Below are positions 45,501-45,649 of a stretch of 45,649 bases of DNA, piece by piece. Source of the stretch: Thermoguttaceae bacterium (GTDB lineage Bacteria; Planctomycetota; Planctomycetia; Pirellulales; Thermoguttaceae). The DNA lies in assembly GCA_045545275.1 (NCBI GenBank), contig JAZQAP010000242.1:1-45649 (forward strand). Reading direction: 5' to 3'. Both the position numbers and the translations under genes were made by a program. Under the pieces are notes generated by a model. That model made no database searches, was not told the DNA's origin, and worked only from the letters and a program-made list of their open reading frames with translations. Numbering within the stretch: the first letter of the stretch is position 1; every line of letters begins with the position of its first letter.

Positions 45501-45649
45501 CGTCGGGTCGAAAAGAACGGAACGCCAACCGCCGCGCCGAGCGCCGCCCTCCGCCGTCCAAGTGAGACCGGAGTCGCCGCTGACGAAGAGCCCGGACGGG
45601 TAAAGCTCCGACGAGTCGCCGGCGACCCAAGCGGTTCCGGGGTCGAGAA
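42540..45649 (-). CDS. Large protein with BNR/Ycf48-like repeats, a Gly-rich linker and a C-terminal CBM9-like domain; 5' end outside window
   Basis: The track ORF starts at a TTG at 44957. My manual translation of the same frame stays open to the window edge. It gives ...SGDSGLTWTAEGG...VWAVGESGLATRSLNFGADWARV...FFYSNDGGATWAAS...NGWAVGEFGTILATKDGGRTWTRQ..., which are BNR/Ycf48-type propeller repeats. The C-terminus DRVEFRIDLDGDYATAFEFAFDCRGWASDELFGDKTWNPGVFVAKNETNADWTLEIAIPFEAL is CBM9/DOMON-like. Confidence 0.85.
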   Translation of the reverse strand, partial: LDPGTAWVAGDSSELYPSGLFVSGDSGLTWTAEGGARRGGWRSVLFDPTQKLGVGVSTDGALQTVSGEKAEKKSLPFGARRLDDVVFDAASGTVWAVGESGLATRSLNFGADWARVPGAFPNDAGRYFDLKSVAAIDGFVGAVGSPGSLFFYSNDGGATWAASRTETRAPLRKLFFLNRLNGWAVGEFGTILATKDGGRTWTRQRDGGRRVALLGVFGRADDVPFEALVQLAGDEGFLTEICLTARSDETERTGAEIPLVERLNEAVVETGASGATQAGLFSLDPAENGATLEQILARFDRENDGDGLERFREYLVRQIRIWRPSVVLTADPLLDAPEVVANFSASSSTANAANGDFSQPGSAAALLGALSADANRLDDRPSDPFRTLIWRSLPGAIQAAADPTAYPEHLTACGLDPWRVSKATLACKGKKQGNVLLDASYFCGTLGRPVGEIAKNAREILGADVKIAETTNFQTLFGGSNATDGGAANASFFGGVSIPRGSEARRAAQVGLSGQIDALSERAAVRRQKLGLVDALTRQNAKNRKSGELLLAQLRTETRGADVDFAIDYLTQAGRNFATLGNWLAAEEAFSVVALDLAAEPKARDALTWLVQYYCGSEPAWRVQETNRFNETNVGVPNAPDLDATTASGGSGLIGGVFSGGNGGAGGGLVDARSGGSASNVSSASETSDEPVSSNPTFIPETPDSAVLGLTPGSRSSLALDPSATLGPRLTNAANLGETLRAVAPETFMSPQVRFPLAAAQRARGDVAGALRYYWNRSIADRASLWGARAQAEYWLATPERSVLPNGENGCPFATAVCRRSPGRPYLDGVFEPTVWDAAARFPLTSSLRELPPNRELTAAEAALRDWKAENRAASTELGTQVSLLCDDRFLYVGVVCPKSASFRYPAVDPENPEPPRPRDGDLSASDRVEFRIDLDGDYATAFEFAFDCRGWASDELFGDKTWNPGVFVAKNETNADWTLEIAIPFEALAARPPKSGDVWRFEARRIVPGVGVECWNAENSNRARDAFGFLTFAN

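Noticed and set aside
1-45649. A CRISPR array, IS element or transposase, integrase, prophage, or toxin-antitoxin pair.
   Set aside because: I saw no regularly spaced short repeats and no terminal inverted repeats. No ORF has DDE, tyrosine-recombinase or serine-recombinase motifs. The only repeats found are the gene-end duplications and the promoter-proximal repeats reported above.

Overview
This is a 45.6-kb chromosomal segment, most likely from a Planctomycetota-type bacterium. The taxon call is an inference from a DUF1559/H-X9-DG prepilin-like protein, many secreted LamG, beta-helix and beta-propeller proteins, and strongly CpG-rich NCG-type codon usage. I support 27 CDS. Housekeeping genes are an S46 peptidase (5' partial), rdgB, proA, hrpA, a BatA-domain protein, an alkaline phosphatase, an acyltransferase-3 protein, the rpsO-pnp pair and tsaD. 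There is a complete nqrABCDEF operon. A run of seven exported proteins (17204-29698) comprises a LamG/beta-helix protein, a GH28-like lipoprotein, a LamG/propeller/dihaem protein, a small lipoprotein, a DUF1559 pseudopilin-like protein and a propeller-cytochrome c peroxidase fusion with a possible coupled small ORF. The remaining genes are a phosphodiester glycosidase, a zinc-ribbon protein, a 605-aa orphan in an AT-richer island, and a large BNR-like/CBM9-like protein that runs off the right edge. Several near-consensus sigma70 promoters and intrinsic terminators are readable directly. I found no rRNA, tRNA, CRISPR array, transposase or integrase. Five things deserve a second look: (1) the compositionally atypical orphan island at 40240-42539, whose protein has a possible buried ECF-sigma-like core; (2) a 1.95-kb stretch (15254-17203) with no credible gene; (3) decaying tandem copies of the tsaD 3' end; (4) a 42-bp duplication of the nqrF 3' end; (5) the exported LamG/propeller/haem cluster. 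Most long arginine-rich ORFs in the track are shadow frames of real genes. All homology calls come from reading motifs by eye; no database search was possible.
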